A DNA stretch of 64,000 nucleotides from Candidatus Accumulibacter meliphilus (GCA_003332265.1 QPGA01000020.1:6485-70484), one strand, 5' to 3'; positions 25,808-35,848 are shown, counted from the stretch's first letter. Notes: generated by a model from the letters alone, not told the origin. Numbers and translations: made by a program.

Positions 25808-26908
25808 ATGAGGCAGCCTGCACACCTTTTTGTCGACATCTCGGCGCACGGATTCGGCCACCTGGCGCAGGCGGCGCCGGTGCTCAACGCGCTCGGCAAG
25901 CGTTTGCCGGACCTGCGTCTGACCATCCGCAGCGGCCTGCCGACCGACAAGCTGCAGGCACGCGTCATGGCCGACTTCACCCACCTGCAAGAGCGCAGCG
26001 ACTTCGGCTACGTGATGCACGATGCCGTCAGCCTCGACCTCGAGGCGACGGCGCTCGCCTATCGCCGTCAGCATGCCGACTGGGACAGCCTGGTCGATCG
26101 TGACGCCCGCCTCTTCCGCGAGCTGCAGCCCAATCTGGTGTTCAGCGACGTCGCCTACCTGCCGCTGGCCGGTGCCGCACGCGCCGGCATCCCGTCGGTG
26201 TCGATGTGCTCGCTGAACTGGGCCGAGCTCTTTGCCCATTTCTTCGCCAGCGAGGACTGGGCAGCGGCAATTCATCGCCAGATGCTGGACGCGTATGCAG
26301 GTGCCGAGTGCTTCCTGCGCGCGACGCCGGGAATGGCCATGGCCGACCTGCCACGGCTGCGCCCCATCGGCCCGCTGGCAGCGCTCGGCAACGACTGTCG
26401 GCAGCTCCTGCGCGAACGGCTGGGCAGCGGCAAGGACGAGCGCCTGGTCCTGATCGCTTTTGGCGGCTTCGACAAGCAGTTGCCCATTGCTGCCTGGCCA
26501 GCGATCCCCGGCGTACGTTGCCTGATTCCACAGGCCTGGCAACTGACGCATCCGAGCGTCAGCGACTTCGAGCCTCTCGGGCTATCGATCGCCGATGTCT
26601 TGCGTTCGGTAGACGCGGTGCTTACCAAACCCGGCTACGGCACTTTCGCCGAAGCCGCCTGCAACGGCACGCCGCTGCTCTACCTGCGCCGTGAAGACTG
26701 GCCAGAGCAGGATTTCCTGATCGACTGGCTGCAAACGCACGGCCGCTGCAGGGGAATCAGCGCTGGCGAGCTGCTTGCCGGTCGGCTGCTGCCCTCACTC
26801 GAGGCCTTGTGGCGTCAAGCCGCACCGCCGATTCCGACGCCCTCGGGCGCTGAAGATGCGGCGGCAGTGCTGCTGCCATGGCTAGGGATGAGCACTCGGC
26901 AGGCCTAG
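25808..26908 (+). CDS. GT-B-fold glycosyltransferase-like protein (MurG/UGT-like), function unknown
   Basis: 366 aa. N-terminal ISAHGFGHLAQAAPVLNAL resembles the G-x-GH...P loop of GT1/GT28 enzymes. C-terminal KPGYGTFAEAACNGTPLLYL resembles the nucleotide-sugar binding half. Confidence 0.5.
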   Translation: MRQPAHLFVDISAHGFGHLAQAAPVLNALGKRLPDLRLTIRSGLPTDKLQARVMADFTHLQERSDFGYVMHDAVSLDLEATALAYRRQHADWDSLVDRDARLFRELQPNLVFSDVAYLPLAGAARAGIPSVSMCSLNWAELFAHFFASEDWAAAIHRQMLDAYAGAECFLRATPGMAMADLPRLRPIGPLAALGNDCRQLLRERLGSGKDERLVLIAFGGFDKQLPIAAWPAIPGVRCLIPQAWQLTHPSVSDFEPLGLSIADVLRSVDAVLTKPGYGTFAEAACNGTPLLYLRREDWPEQDFLIDWLQTHGRCRGISAGELLAGRLLPSLEALWRQAAPPIPTPSGAEDAAAVLLPWLGMSTRQA

Positions 26909-27028
26909 CTGCCGGCCGCGCCGACACCGATGCCGACACAAAGTGCGGCGGGATGGTCGGCATTCCTGTGGGGAAATCGGCACACACCTCGGCACATCCT
27001 TGTGGCGTGCGCCGGCCAGGCGCCAAAT

Positions 27029-27943
27029 CTAGCGACGGCGGCGAAGAGCAAGGCCAGCGAGCGCCAGGCCGAAGAGCGCGAGCGTCCCCGGTTCGGGAAC
27101 CGTGCCGTACAAGGCGATGCCATCGTTGATGCATTCCTCGAAGAAATGCGCTGTGAATTTTCCGCCAGGCAGCGCAGCGAGGTCGAAAGAGAAGCCGAAG
27201 AGTTCCGAGCCGACGGCAGCGGCACCAAAGTGGGCAAAATCGAGACCCAGGTCCTTTAGTTCGTTCGTGTTGAGCAGGCTGATGGACGACACCAGGGCGC
27301 CACTGGCAATGTTGGCATACATGTTGCCCTTACCGAAGTAGTTGGTCACATCGGTGGTGGAGCTCAAGTCACCCATGCTGCCCGTGGGCCGCCCGAAGCC
27401 GGCATTGTAGTAAGCCTGCAAGCTTGCGTAGCCTTGGTTCGCCGAGGTCAGATTGACGACGCTCAGGTTCTTGAACAAGCCAAGGTCCGTATTGATGACG
27501 CCGGGGGTGCCGTTGCCCAGCGAGTCGTTGGCGCTGGCGAAGCGAATTCCGAACACTCTGGGGTCATTGAACTCGCCAGGCGTATCGAGATTGTGCGGCG
27601 AGAAGTTGAGATAGAGATCACCCGGGGCAATTCTGCCATTGCGGGCGCTGGCCATGCTCACCCCCGCCAGCGGCATCCCGCCACTGATCGCGAAGTAGCC
27701 GGTTGAGCCGCTCTGATGGAAGGCCAGGCCACGCTCTTCGTAGGACGCCCCACCGGAGCCGTCGCTAGACGAGTCGATGGCGTAGTTCCAGCCGTTGTAG
27801 ACGGTGCCTGCGCTGGCGTCCGAAGCATTGACCATTAGGGCGGCGAAGCCAGCCACCCACAAGGCGGGAGCGAGACAGCGGCGGATGCTGGCAGCTACGG
27901 TCGACCTAGAGGAGACCTCAGGCTTGCGAGAAGAGATATTCAT
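27029..27943 (-). CDS. PEP-CTERM sorting-domain secreted protein
   Basis: Signal peptide (ALWVAGFAALMVNASDASA). C-terminal VPEPGTLALFGLALAGLALRRRR is the PEP-CTERM exosortase signal. Start at ATG 27943. Confidence 0.8.
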   Translation of the reverse strand: MNISSRKPEVSSRSTVAASIRRCLAPALWVAGFAALMVNASDASAGTVYNGWNYAIDSSSDGSGGASYEERGLAFHQSGSTGYFAISGGMPLAGVSMASARNGRIAPGDLYLNFSPHNLDTPGEFNDPRVFGIRFASANDSLGNGTPGVINTDLGLFKNLSVVNLTSANQGYASLQAYYNAGFGRPTGSMGDLSSTTDVTNYFGKGNMYANIASGALVSSISLLNTNELKDLGLDFAHFGAAAVGSELFGFSFDLAALPGGKFTAHFFEECINDGIALYGTVPEPGTLALFGLALAGLALRRRR

Positions 27944-28000
27944 GGTACGATTCCGTTTCGAAATGACTGAATGATGGTTTTTCAGGCCGCACTTCAGGGG

Positions 28001-28015
28001 GCACAAGGCACGCCA
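28001..28015 (-). promoter_or_regulatory. candidate sigma54 promoter of the PEP-CTERM gene
   Basis: The minus strand reads TGGCGTGCCTTGTGC, with GG and GC at the canonical 10-nt separation. It lies about 58 nt upstream of ATG 27943. Confidence 0.4.
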
Positions 28016-28486
28016 TGCAATGACCACTAATCATTGCCGCGCCAACCGAGGACGCGACGCACATCCGCTTTTGAAGCCCGGCCAGGCTTCTGGGAGCGGG
28101 GAAAGCGAATCCACATGACTGACTCGACTTCGGAATCAAGTATCTCTCGTCGAGCCGGCAGCTGGTTATGAACTAAGTCACGGGGTCCGTGATCTTCAGC
28201 GCACTGGCATGCATTGCAGCAGCGGAAGGATTGCCGAACCCCGTGCCGCGTTCACGCGCGAGAAGAGAGTCTTTCTGGCGCCGATAGTGGCCCACGCTCA
28301 GCCAGGTCGCGTTCGCGCTGGGGATGCGCGCCGACGACGCTCCGCTGCTGGTGTAGGGAGAGATTCATTCCTGCCTGGAAGAATCATGCAGACCGCGAGC
28401 GCCGCTGTCGACGCGACGGCTTCCGCAGGCGATCAATATCGAGCGCTTGTTACGGGCGACGCGAACCAACCCGAATCAGGCCGCCC

Positions 28487-29092
28487 TCACCGCTCCTCAT
28501 CGGCGCTCAGCAGGCGTTCGCAGTAGCGCGCGATGAGGTCGATTTCGAGATTTACCCGGCTACCGGGCTGCAAGCGACCCAAGCTGGTCGCTTCGAGCGT
28601 GTGCGGAATCAGGTTGATGGTGAAGGTGGCACGGTCTACCGCGTTGGTCGTCAGGCTGACGCCATCAACAGTGATTGACCCCTTGCGGGCGATATACCTG
28701 GCAAGCGCTTGCGGAGCGCGGATTTCGAGCAGGCGGTTGTCGCCCACTGGGTCGAAACGCAAGACCTCGCCGATCCCGTCGACGTGCCCGGAGACCAGAT
28801 GCCCGCCGAGGCGATCGGCCAGCCGCAGGGCTTTCTCGAGGTTGACCGGGCCAGGCCCGGCAAGGCCAACGGTACAGGCCAGCGATTCCGGCGAAACATC
28901 GACGAAGAAGCACGGGCCCAGCTGGTCGACCACCGTCAGGCAGACGCCGTTGCAGGCAATTGAATCGCCGAGCGCGACGTCATCGAGGTCAAGCTTGCCG
29001 GCGTCGATGGTCAAGCGAACGGTTGCAGCGCCATCGTCACGAGGCGTGACGGCGGTGATTTGGCCAACGGCGGCGATGATTCCAGAGAACAT
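28487..29092 (-). CDS. ribE: riboflavin synthase alpha chain
   Basis: 201 aa. MFSGIIAAVGQI..., duplicated lumazine-binding repeats (GDSIACNGVCLTV / GSITVDGVSLTT). Confidence 0.9.
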   Translation of the reverse strand: MFSGIIAAVGQITAVTPRDDGAATVRLTIDAGKLDLDDVALGDSIACNGVCLTVVDQLGPCFFVDVSPESLACTVGLAGPGPVNLEKALRLADRLGGHLVSGHVDGIGEVLRFDPVGDNRLLEIRAPQALARYIARKGSITVDGVSLTTNAVDRATFTINLIPHTLEATSLGRLQPGSRVNLEIDLIARYCERLLSADEER

Positions 29093-29241
29093 GGCGAAGC
29101 CCGAACAGATTGGTGATTGCCAGATGGTTGCTGGGCGGAAGGACGCGGGATTTTAGCATGCCGCCCCTTGCCGCTCCGGCCTCGCCCCGTTCTTGCCCCG
29201 TTCCTGCCTTCGCCGACCGAGAAGGGCAGCAAACGCAGCGA

Positions 29242-30369
29242 TCAGCCGCCGGGCGCTTGGCCTTTCTGCTCGGCGACGGGAGATTCGGCAGTAGCCGCCG
29301 ACGCCGCCTCTGCCAGAACCGGATCATCGCGCAACCAGGCTTCGAGCAGAGTGTAACTGACCGCCAGGACCACCGGGCCAACGAAGATGCCGACCAGACC
29401 GAAAGCCAGCAGGCCGCCAATGACGCCGGCGAGAATCAGCAGCAAGGGCAGGTCGGCACCCTGCTTGATGAGCAGCGGACGCAGGAAATTGTCCATAGTC
29501 CCGACGATCACCGTCCACACCAGAAGGAAAGTGCCCCAGCCGGTATCGCCACTCCAGTACAACCAGACGACGGCCGGTGCCAACACCAGCGTCGGCCCAA
29601 GTTGCGCGATGCAGAGCATGAACATCAGGGCGGTCAGCACGGTGGCAAAAGGTACGCCGGCGATGGCCAGGCCAATGCCACCGAGTACCGACTGTACAAA
29701 CGCCGTAATGCCAACGCCAAGGGCGACCGCGCGAACGGCTTGCCCAGCCAGCAGCACGGCGCCTTCACCGCGCTCACCGGCCAGGCGACGACCGAAACGC
29801 AGCATTTCGTCAGCGGCCTGTTCGCCGCCTGAATAGAGAACCGCGGACAGGGCGACGGTCAACAGAAACTGTACGAAAACCAGCCCGAAGCTGCCGACTT
29901 CTCTGGCGAACCACTTGGTCAGATCGCCCGCATAGGGGGCGACCTTGGCCGTCAGTTCCTGGGTTCCGGCGACCGCGAGCTGCATCCAGGCCTGGTCAAG
30001 CTTGTGGCCAACAAGCGGCAGGTTGGGAACCCAGTGAGGGGGTGGCGGCACTTCGAAGCTAGCGACAAACCTTCCCCAGCTGACGATCTGTTGGGCGTTC
30101 TCGACGAGGGTCGCGATCGCCAACGACAAGGGAACGACGAGAACCAGGAGTACCAGCAGAGTCATGACCATCACCGCCGGAGCACGCCGGTTGCCGAACT
30201 GTCGTTGCACGCGCAGCATCACCGGCCAGGTGGCGACGACGACCATCGTCGCCCAGATCAGCGCCGGCAGAAACGGCCTCAGGATCCAGCCCGAAGCGGC
30301 AATCAGCAAGCCGATGAAAAGGACGGCCAGGGTTGTTCGGGCGACTTCGGTTCTCGGGCTATTCATCAT
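29242..30369 (-). CDS. AI-2E family transporter (PerM/YdiK-like permease)
   Basis: 375 aa, about 8 TM segments. Typical LRPFLPALIWATMVVVATWP and NFLRPLLI motifs. Confidence 0.85.
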   Translation of the reverse strand: MMNSPRTEVARTTLAVLFIGLLIAASGWILRPFLPALIWATMVVVATWPVMLRVQRQFGNRRAPAVMVMTLLVLLVLVVPLSLAIATLVENAQQIVSWGRFVASFEVPPPPHWVPNLPLVGHKLDQAWMQLAVAGTQELTAKVAPYAGDLTKWFAREVGSFGLVFVQFLLTVALSAVLYSGGEQAADEMLRFGRRLAGERGEGAVLLAGQAVRAVALGVGITAFVQSVLGGIGLAIAGVPFATVLTALMFMLCIAQLGPTLVLAPAVVWLYWSGDTGWGTFLLVWTVIVGTMDNFLRPLLIKQGADLPLLLILAGVIGGLLAFGLVGIFVGPVVLAVSYTLLEAWLRDDPVLAEAASAATAESPVAEQKGQAPGG

Positions 30370-30615
30370 TCACTCTTCGGCATCGTGCTTTCGCTGGGCG
30401 GCTCCTGCTGCACGGGCCAGCGGGTCATGGCGCGCACGGGCAACAGGAGAGGGCAATCTGACGGGGCATGGTAGCGCAATCGACGCCCCCAGCGTGAGCG
30501 GCTGGCAGCGCGCGCAGGGAATGCGTACGGTAAATGCACACTTGATTAGCGATCTGTTTGACGCCGCCCTGGTCCGCGCGTACATTACTGACCATTAAGT
30601 CATTAATGTACGGCG

Positions 30616-31323
30616 ATGAAACTACACGCAGCTCGTCCCCTCTCGGAAGCTTCTCCCGATTGCCGACCGCCGCGGCGTCGGCGCAAGGAGGCGCGCCCTT
30701 CCGAGCTGACCGCTGCGGCCCTGGCGCTGTTCGTCGAGAAAGGCTTCGCCGCGACGCGACTCGATGACGTGGCCGCCCGCGCCGGCGTCTCGAAAGGGAC
30801 GCTTTATCTGTATTTCGAAAGCAAGGAAGCGCTGTTCAAGGCGGTGATCGAAGAAGGCATGGTCGCCGCGCTGGCAGCAGCCGCGCAGCGACTGTCGGAT
30901 TTTCACGGATCGGCTGCCGAACTCCTGCAGCAGTTGCTCTTCGGCTGGTGGGAGCAAATCGGGCAAACGCCAATGGCCGGCGTAACCAAGCTGATCGCCT
31001 GCGAGTCGAGCAACTTCCCGGAGGTCGCCCAGTATTACCACGAGCGGGTACTGACACGCGGTCGTGCGCTGCTGCGCACGACCCTGCAGCGCGGCGTGGC
31101 CAGCGGAGAGTTTCGCCCGGTGGACATAGAAACGGCAATCGACGTAATAATGGCACCGCTATTGATGCTGGCGATCTCGCGTTTTTCCCTGGGCTTCTGT
31201 AATCGGAAGACCACCCCTGAGACCTACCTGCGGACGCATTTCGAGCTGCTGGTGAAGGGCTTGCGGGGTAGCAGCGGCGAGTTCGTCGAGTTCGTCGAGC
31301 CGCTGACGGGGGGCAAGCGATGA
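30616..31323 (+). CDS. TetR/AcrR family transcriptional regulator
   Basis: HTH region AALALFVEKGFAATRLDDVAARAGVSKGTLYLYFESKEALF. The stop overlaps the MFP gene start. Confidence 0.85.
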   Translation: MKLHAARPLSEASPDCRPPRRRRKEARPSELTAAALALFVEKGFAATRLDDVAARAGVSKGTLYLYFESKEALFKAVIEEGMVAALAAAAQRLSDFHGSAAELLQQLLFGWWEQIGQTPMAGVTKLIACESSNFPEVAQYYHERVLTRGRALLRTTLQRGVASGEFRPVDIETAIDVIMAPLLMLAISRFSLGFCNRKTTPETYLRTHFELLVKGLRGSSGEFVEFVEPLTGGKR

Positions 31324-32435
31324 CCGCGAGGGCTGCCTCTCGGCAGCGGCTCTGGCGACTGCTGCTCATCGTGCCGCAGCTGGTACTGCTCGCCGGCTGC
31401 AGCAAGGAAGCGCCGCCGCCCGCTGCGGCACGTCCGGTATTGACGCGCCTGGTCGGCGAGAGCGCGTCTGACTCGCTGCGGACCTACTCTGGAGAAGTGC
31501 GCTCGCGCTACGAAACGGCGCTGGCTTTTCGCATTCCCGGCAAGATTGCCGCGCGTCTGGTTGACACCGGCGCGGTGGTCAAGGCCGGCCAGGCGCTGGC
31601 CAGGCTCGATCCGGCCGATACCGCCTTGTCGGCGACCGCCGCCGCCGCACAACTGCAATTGGCGCGCGCCGACCTGCAGCGCTATCGCGATCTGCGCAGC
31701 AAGAGCTTCGTCAGCCAGGCGGCGCTGGACAGCAAGGAAACGGCCTTCACGGCAGCGCTGGCAAACGCCGAACTGGCGCGCAACCAGTCGACCTATACCG
31801 TTCTGCGTGCCAATCAGGCGGGCGTCGTTGGCTTGATCTCGGCCGAAGTCGGGCAAGTGGTCGCCGCCGGACAAACGGTGCTGCGTCTGGCGCGTGCCGA
31901 TACGCTCGAAGTCGCCATCTCGATTCCCGAGGCGCGCATGCCGGAAGCGCAGGCGCTCGACCATGCCGAGGTTCGCCTATGGGCCGACGACGAGGCCATT
32001 TACCGGGCCCGCTTGCGCGAGTTGTCGCCGGTGGCCGACCCGGTGACACGCACCTACGCCGCACGCGTGGCGATGATCGATGCAGACGCCAGGGTGCTGC
32101 TGGGAATGACCGCCAAGGTGCGCTTTCTCAGCCCGCAGCGAGATGCTCGCCTGAGCGTGCCGCTGACGGCAGTCTTTCAGCAGGACGGCCAGCCCGCGTT
32201 ATGGGTGGTGCAGGCCGATCAGAGCGTCGCCTTGCGCCCGGTGGCGGTGGACAGCTATGGCGAAGACACGGCGCTACTGAATGGCGGCGTGCAGGCCGGT
32301 GAAAGAATCGTCGTTGCCGGTGTTCACAAGCTGACCGCCGGCGAGCGCGTCAGCGTCGTCGAGCAGGCGGCGCCGGTGGCGGCTCCTGCCTCGACGAGCA
32401 AGCCGCAGACCCCGGCCGCGCCTACCGAGCGATGA
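31320..32435 (+). CDS. efflux RND transporter periplasmic adaptor (MFP) lipoprotein
   Basis: Lipobox LLAGC. Biotinyl-lipoyl-like, hairpin and beta-barrel pattern (GQALARLDP...QLARADLQRYRDL...). Confidence 0.85.
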   Translation: MTARAASRQRLWRLLLIVPQLVLLAGCSKEAPPPAAARPVLTRLVGESASDSLRTYSGEVRSRYETALAFRIPGKIAARLVDTGAVVKAGQALARLDPADTALSATAAAAQLQLARADLQRYRDLRSKSFVSQAALDSKETAFTAALANAELARNQSTYTVLRANQAGVVGLISAEVGQVVAAGQTVLRLARADTLEVAISIPEARMPEAQALDHAEVRLWADDEAIYRARLRELSPVADPVTRTYAARVAMIDADARVLLGMTAKVRFLSPQRDARLSVPLTAVFQQDGQPALWVVQADQSVALRPVAVDSYGEDTALLNGGVQAGERIVVAGVHKLTAGERVSVVEQAAPVAAPASTSKPQTPAAPTER

Positions 32436-35400
32436 ACGCTCCCAACCTCTCCGAATGGGCGCTACGCCACCGTTCACTGACCGCTTACCTGATCGTCGTG
32501 CTGATGCTCAGCGGCGCCTTTGCCTATTTCAAACTCGGCCGCGCCGAAGACCCGGACTACACTTTCAAGGTCATGGTGGTGCGCACGCTGTGGCCGGGTG
32601 CCACGGCCCACGAGGTCGAGCTGCAGGTCAGCGAACGCATCGAGAAGCGCTTGCAGGAAGTGCCGTGGGTCGACGTGGTGCGCTCGCAGACGCGCCCGGG
32701 AGAGTCGCTGGTCTTCATCGTGCTCAAGGATTACACGCCGAAGAAAGAGGTCCCCGAGACCTGGTACCAGGTACGCAAGAAGATTGGCGACATGCGGCAC
32801 ACGCTGCCGCAAGGCGTCCTCGGCCCTTTCCTGAACGACGAATTCGGTGACACCTTCATCACCATTTACGCGCTCACCGGCGACGGCTTCGACCTCGCCG
32901 CGCTGCGCCAGCAGGCCGACGACATCGCGCGCGAACTGCGGCAACTGCCCGACGTCAAGAAGATCGAGCTGATCGGCGTTCAGGACGAAAAGATCTACAT
33001 CGAAGTGTCGCACGCCAAACTGGCCACCCTCGGCCTCGATCCTCTGCTCATCGTCGACGCACTGCGACAACAGAATGCGATGACCCCGGCCGGCTTCTAC
33101 GAGACGCCGTCCGACCGCGTGCGCATACGCGTCTCCGGCGATTTCGCGTCGGTCGACAGCATTCGCGAAATCGGCATCCAGGCCGGCGGCCGACTGTTCC
33201 GGCTCGGCGACATTGCCACCGTCAAACGCGGCTTCGCCGAACCACCGACGCCGCGCATGCGCGTTCAGGGAGAGGACGCAATCGGCATCGCCATCGCCAT
33301 GAACAAGGGCGGTGACGTGATCCAGCTCGGCGACCGCCTGCGCGAAGCCACGGCCCGCCTGCAGCAGGACCTGCCACTGGGCATCGACCTCCACGTCGTC
33401 GCCGACCAACCGCAGATCGTACGCGCGTCGATGAACCTGTTCATGTCCTCGCTGGCCGAGGCGGTGCTGATCGTTCTGGCGGTGTCCTTCATCAGTCTCG
33501 GCATGCGTACCGGCGCCGTCGTTGCGCTGTCGATCCCGCTGGTCCTGGCGATGACTTTTCTGCTCATGGCCGTCTTCGGCATTGACCTACAGCGGATTTC
33601 TCTCGGCGCACTGGTCATTGCGCTGGGCTTGCTGGTCGACGACGCAATCATTACCGTCGAGATGATGGTCGTCAAAATGGAGCAGGGCTGGGGTCGCTTC
33701 CGAGCGGCGACCTTCGCCTACACCTCGACCGCATTCCCGATGCTCACCGGCACGCTGATCACGGCCATCGGCTTCATGCCCGTCGGTTTCGCAAAATCCA
33801 GCGCCGGCGAATACACCTTCTCGATTTTTGCGGTGCTCAGCATCGCGCTGCTGGTGTCGTGGCTGGTAGCGGTCTTGTTTACCCCCTACCTGGGCTTCCT
33901 GGTGCTTGACGCGGAGACGTTGCACCGGGGGGCGCAAGCGCATGGCGACAATGCTTACGGCAGCCCTTTTTACCGGCGCGTCCGGGCGACGATCGAGTGG
34001 TCGCTAGAGCACCGCTGGCTGGTGATCATCACCACCGCGATGGCCTTTGCCGCGTCGCTGGCGGTACTCGCGTTCGGCGTGCAGAAGCAGTTCTTCCCGG
34101 CCTCGAGTCGGCCAGAGTTGCTGATCGACCTGTGGCTGCCGAACGGCGCCTCGCTGAAAGCCACCGAGGCACAAGCCAAAAAAGTCGAAGAGCTGCTCGC
34201 CGAGCCCGAGATGGCAAAGTCGATCAAGTACTTTGCCAGCTATCTCGGCAACGGCAGCCCGCGCTTCTACCTGCCGCTCGATCAGCAACTGTTCAACGAC
34301 AACTTCGCGCAGTTCGTCGTCACCAGCCGCGATATCGCTGCGCGTGAAGAGCTCAAGCAGCGCCTGGAGCGCCGTTTTGCCGACCCATCGGCCGAGTGGA
34401 GCGGCCTGCGTGCACGCGTCCAGCGCCTGGAAAATGGCCCGCCGATCGGTTTCCCGGTACAGTTTCGCGTTTCCGGCAAGGACCTTGGCGAGCTGCGCCG
34501 CGCTGCCGAGGAAGTCGCCACGGTGATGCGCAACAGTCCACACCTGCAGGAAGTCAGCTTCGACTGGAACGAGATGAACAAGGTCGTCCGCGTAGACGTC
34601 GATCAGGACCGCGCCCGCGCGCTCGGCATCAGCTCGCAGGAACTCGCCGCCTTCCTCAACTCGATGCTGAACGGCATCAGCATCACCCAGATGCGCGAGG
34701 ACGACCAGTTGATCGACGTCGTCGCACGCGCCGCCGGCGACGAACGCGCACGCATCTCGGCGCTGGCCGACATCAACATCCCTACCGCCAGCGGCCGTTA
34801 TGTGCCGCTCGCGCAACTGGCAACGATCCGCTACGAACTCGAGCACGGCTTGATTGCGCGGCGCAATCGCTTGCCGACGGTGACCGTTCGCGCCGATATC
34901 CGCGACGACATCCAGGCGCCGGTCGCCACCGCCCAGATCGATCCGCAGCTCGATGCTTTGCGCGCCCGCCTACCCGCAGGCTTTCGCATCGAAGCCGGCG
35001 GCGCCACCGAGGCTTCGGCCAAAGGCGAGAACTCGATCAAGGCAGTGATGCCGCTGATGCTCCTTGGCGTGATCACGCTGCTGATGATCCAGCTGCAGAG
35101 CATCGGCCGCACGCTGCTGGTACTGGTGACGGCACCGCTCGGTTTGATTGGCGTCGCCCTGGCGCTGCTCATCTTCAACGTGCCGTTCGGCTTCGTCGCC
35201 AACCTTGGCGTCATCGCCCTGTCGGGAATGATCATGCGCAATGCGGTGATCCTGGTCGACCAGATCGAGCAGGACGGGAAAGCCGGCACCCCAGCATGGG
35301 AGGCGGTCGTCGGCTCGACCGTGCGCCGCTTCCGGCCGATCATGTTGACCGCTGCCGCAGCAATCCTGGCCATGATTCCCCTGACCCGCAGCGTCTTCTG

Positions 35401-35548
35401 GGGACCGATGGCGGTGGCCATCATGGGCGGCCTGATCGTCGCCACCCTGCTCACCGTGCTCTTTCTGCCAGCCCTCTACGCTGCCGGCTACCGGATCAAG
35501 CCGGGCGACGGCAAGGTGCCGGATCTGGGCCAGCCAGAAAGCAGCTGA
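32432..35548 (+). CDS. efflux RND transporter permease (AcrB/HAE1-type)
   Basis: 1038 aa, 12 TM segments with two large periplasmic loops. Conserved ALGLLVDDAIITVE and GMIMRNAVILVDQI. Confidence 0.9.
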   Translation: MNAPNLSEWALRHRSLTAYLIVVLMLSGAFAYFKLGRAEDPDYTFKVMVVRTLWPGATAHEVELQVSERIEKRLQEVPWVDVVRSQTRPGESLVFIVLKDYTPKKEVPETWYQVRKKIGDMRHTLPQGVLGPFLNDEFGDTFITIYALTGDGFDLAALRQQADDIARELRQLPDVKKIELIGVQDEKIYIEVSHAKLATLGLDPLLIVDALRQQNAMTPAGFYETPSDRVRIRVSGDFASVDSIREIGIQAGGRLFRLGDIATVKRGFAEPPTPRMRVQGEDAIGIAIAMNKGGDVIQLGDRLREATARLQQDLPLGIDLHVVADQPQIVRASMNLFMSSLAEAVLIVLAVSFISLGMRTGAVVALSIPLVLAMTFLLMAVFGIDLQRISLGALVIALGLLVDDAIITVEMMVVKMEQGWGRFRAATFAYTSTAFPMLTGTLITAIGFMPVGFAKSSAGEYTFSIFAVLSIALLVSWLVAVLFTPYLGFLVLDAETLHRGAQAHGDNAYGSPFYRRVRATIEWSLEHRWLVIITTAMAFAASLAVLAFGVQKQFFPASSRPELLIDLWLPNGASLKATEAQAKKVEELLAEPEMAKSIKYFASYLGNGSPRFYLPLDQQLFNDNFAQFVVTSRDIAAREELKQRLERRFADPSAEWSGLRARVQRLENGPPIGFPVQFRVSGKDLGELRRAAEEVATVMRNSPHLQEVSFDWNEMNKVVRVDVDQDRARALGISSQELAAFLNSMLNGISITQMREDDQLIDVVARAAGDERARISALADINIPTASGRYVPLAQLATIRYELEHGLIARRNRLPTVTVRADIRDDIQAPVATAQIDPQLDALRARLPAGFRIEAGGATEASAKGENSIKAVMPLMLLGVITLLMIQLQSIGRTLLVLVTAPLGLIGVALALLIFNVPFGFVANLGVIALSGMIMRNAVILVDQIEQDGKAGTPAWEAVVGSTVRRFRPIMLTAAAAILAMIPLTRSVFWGPMAVAIMGGLIVATLLTVLFLPALYAAGYRIKPGDGKVPDLGQPESS

Positions 35549-35848
35549 ACGACGGCAGCAAAGCTCGCTCGGCGCCAGTGCAACGCCTCTTGGGCCGGCG
35601 CATGGCTTTCGCCTAAACACCTGATCGGCAATACCTTTTTACCACCTTCCGAGCATGGTTTTCATGTTTCACGAGTGCGCTCGCATAAAGGAAAGATGTG
35701 CCATAATCGGCCGGCTATCGTGCCACCATGCTTGCGGCACATGGTTTTGTGGCGCCGCAGCCGAGCCAAACCGCCCGATGAAGAGGCGACCGGCATGTGA
35801 TCGGCTCCGGGAGGACCGCGTTTCCAGCTATCAAAGGAGGATTTTCCC

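Noticed and set aside
29093-29241. I looked for an FMN (RFN) riboswitch upstream of ribE.
   Set aside because: No RFN-like conserved core or multi-stem junction is visible. ribE alone is usually not riboswitch-controlled.
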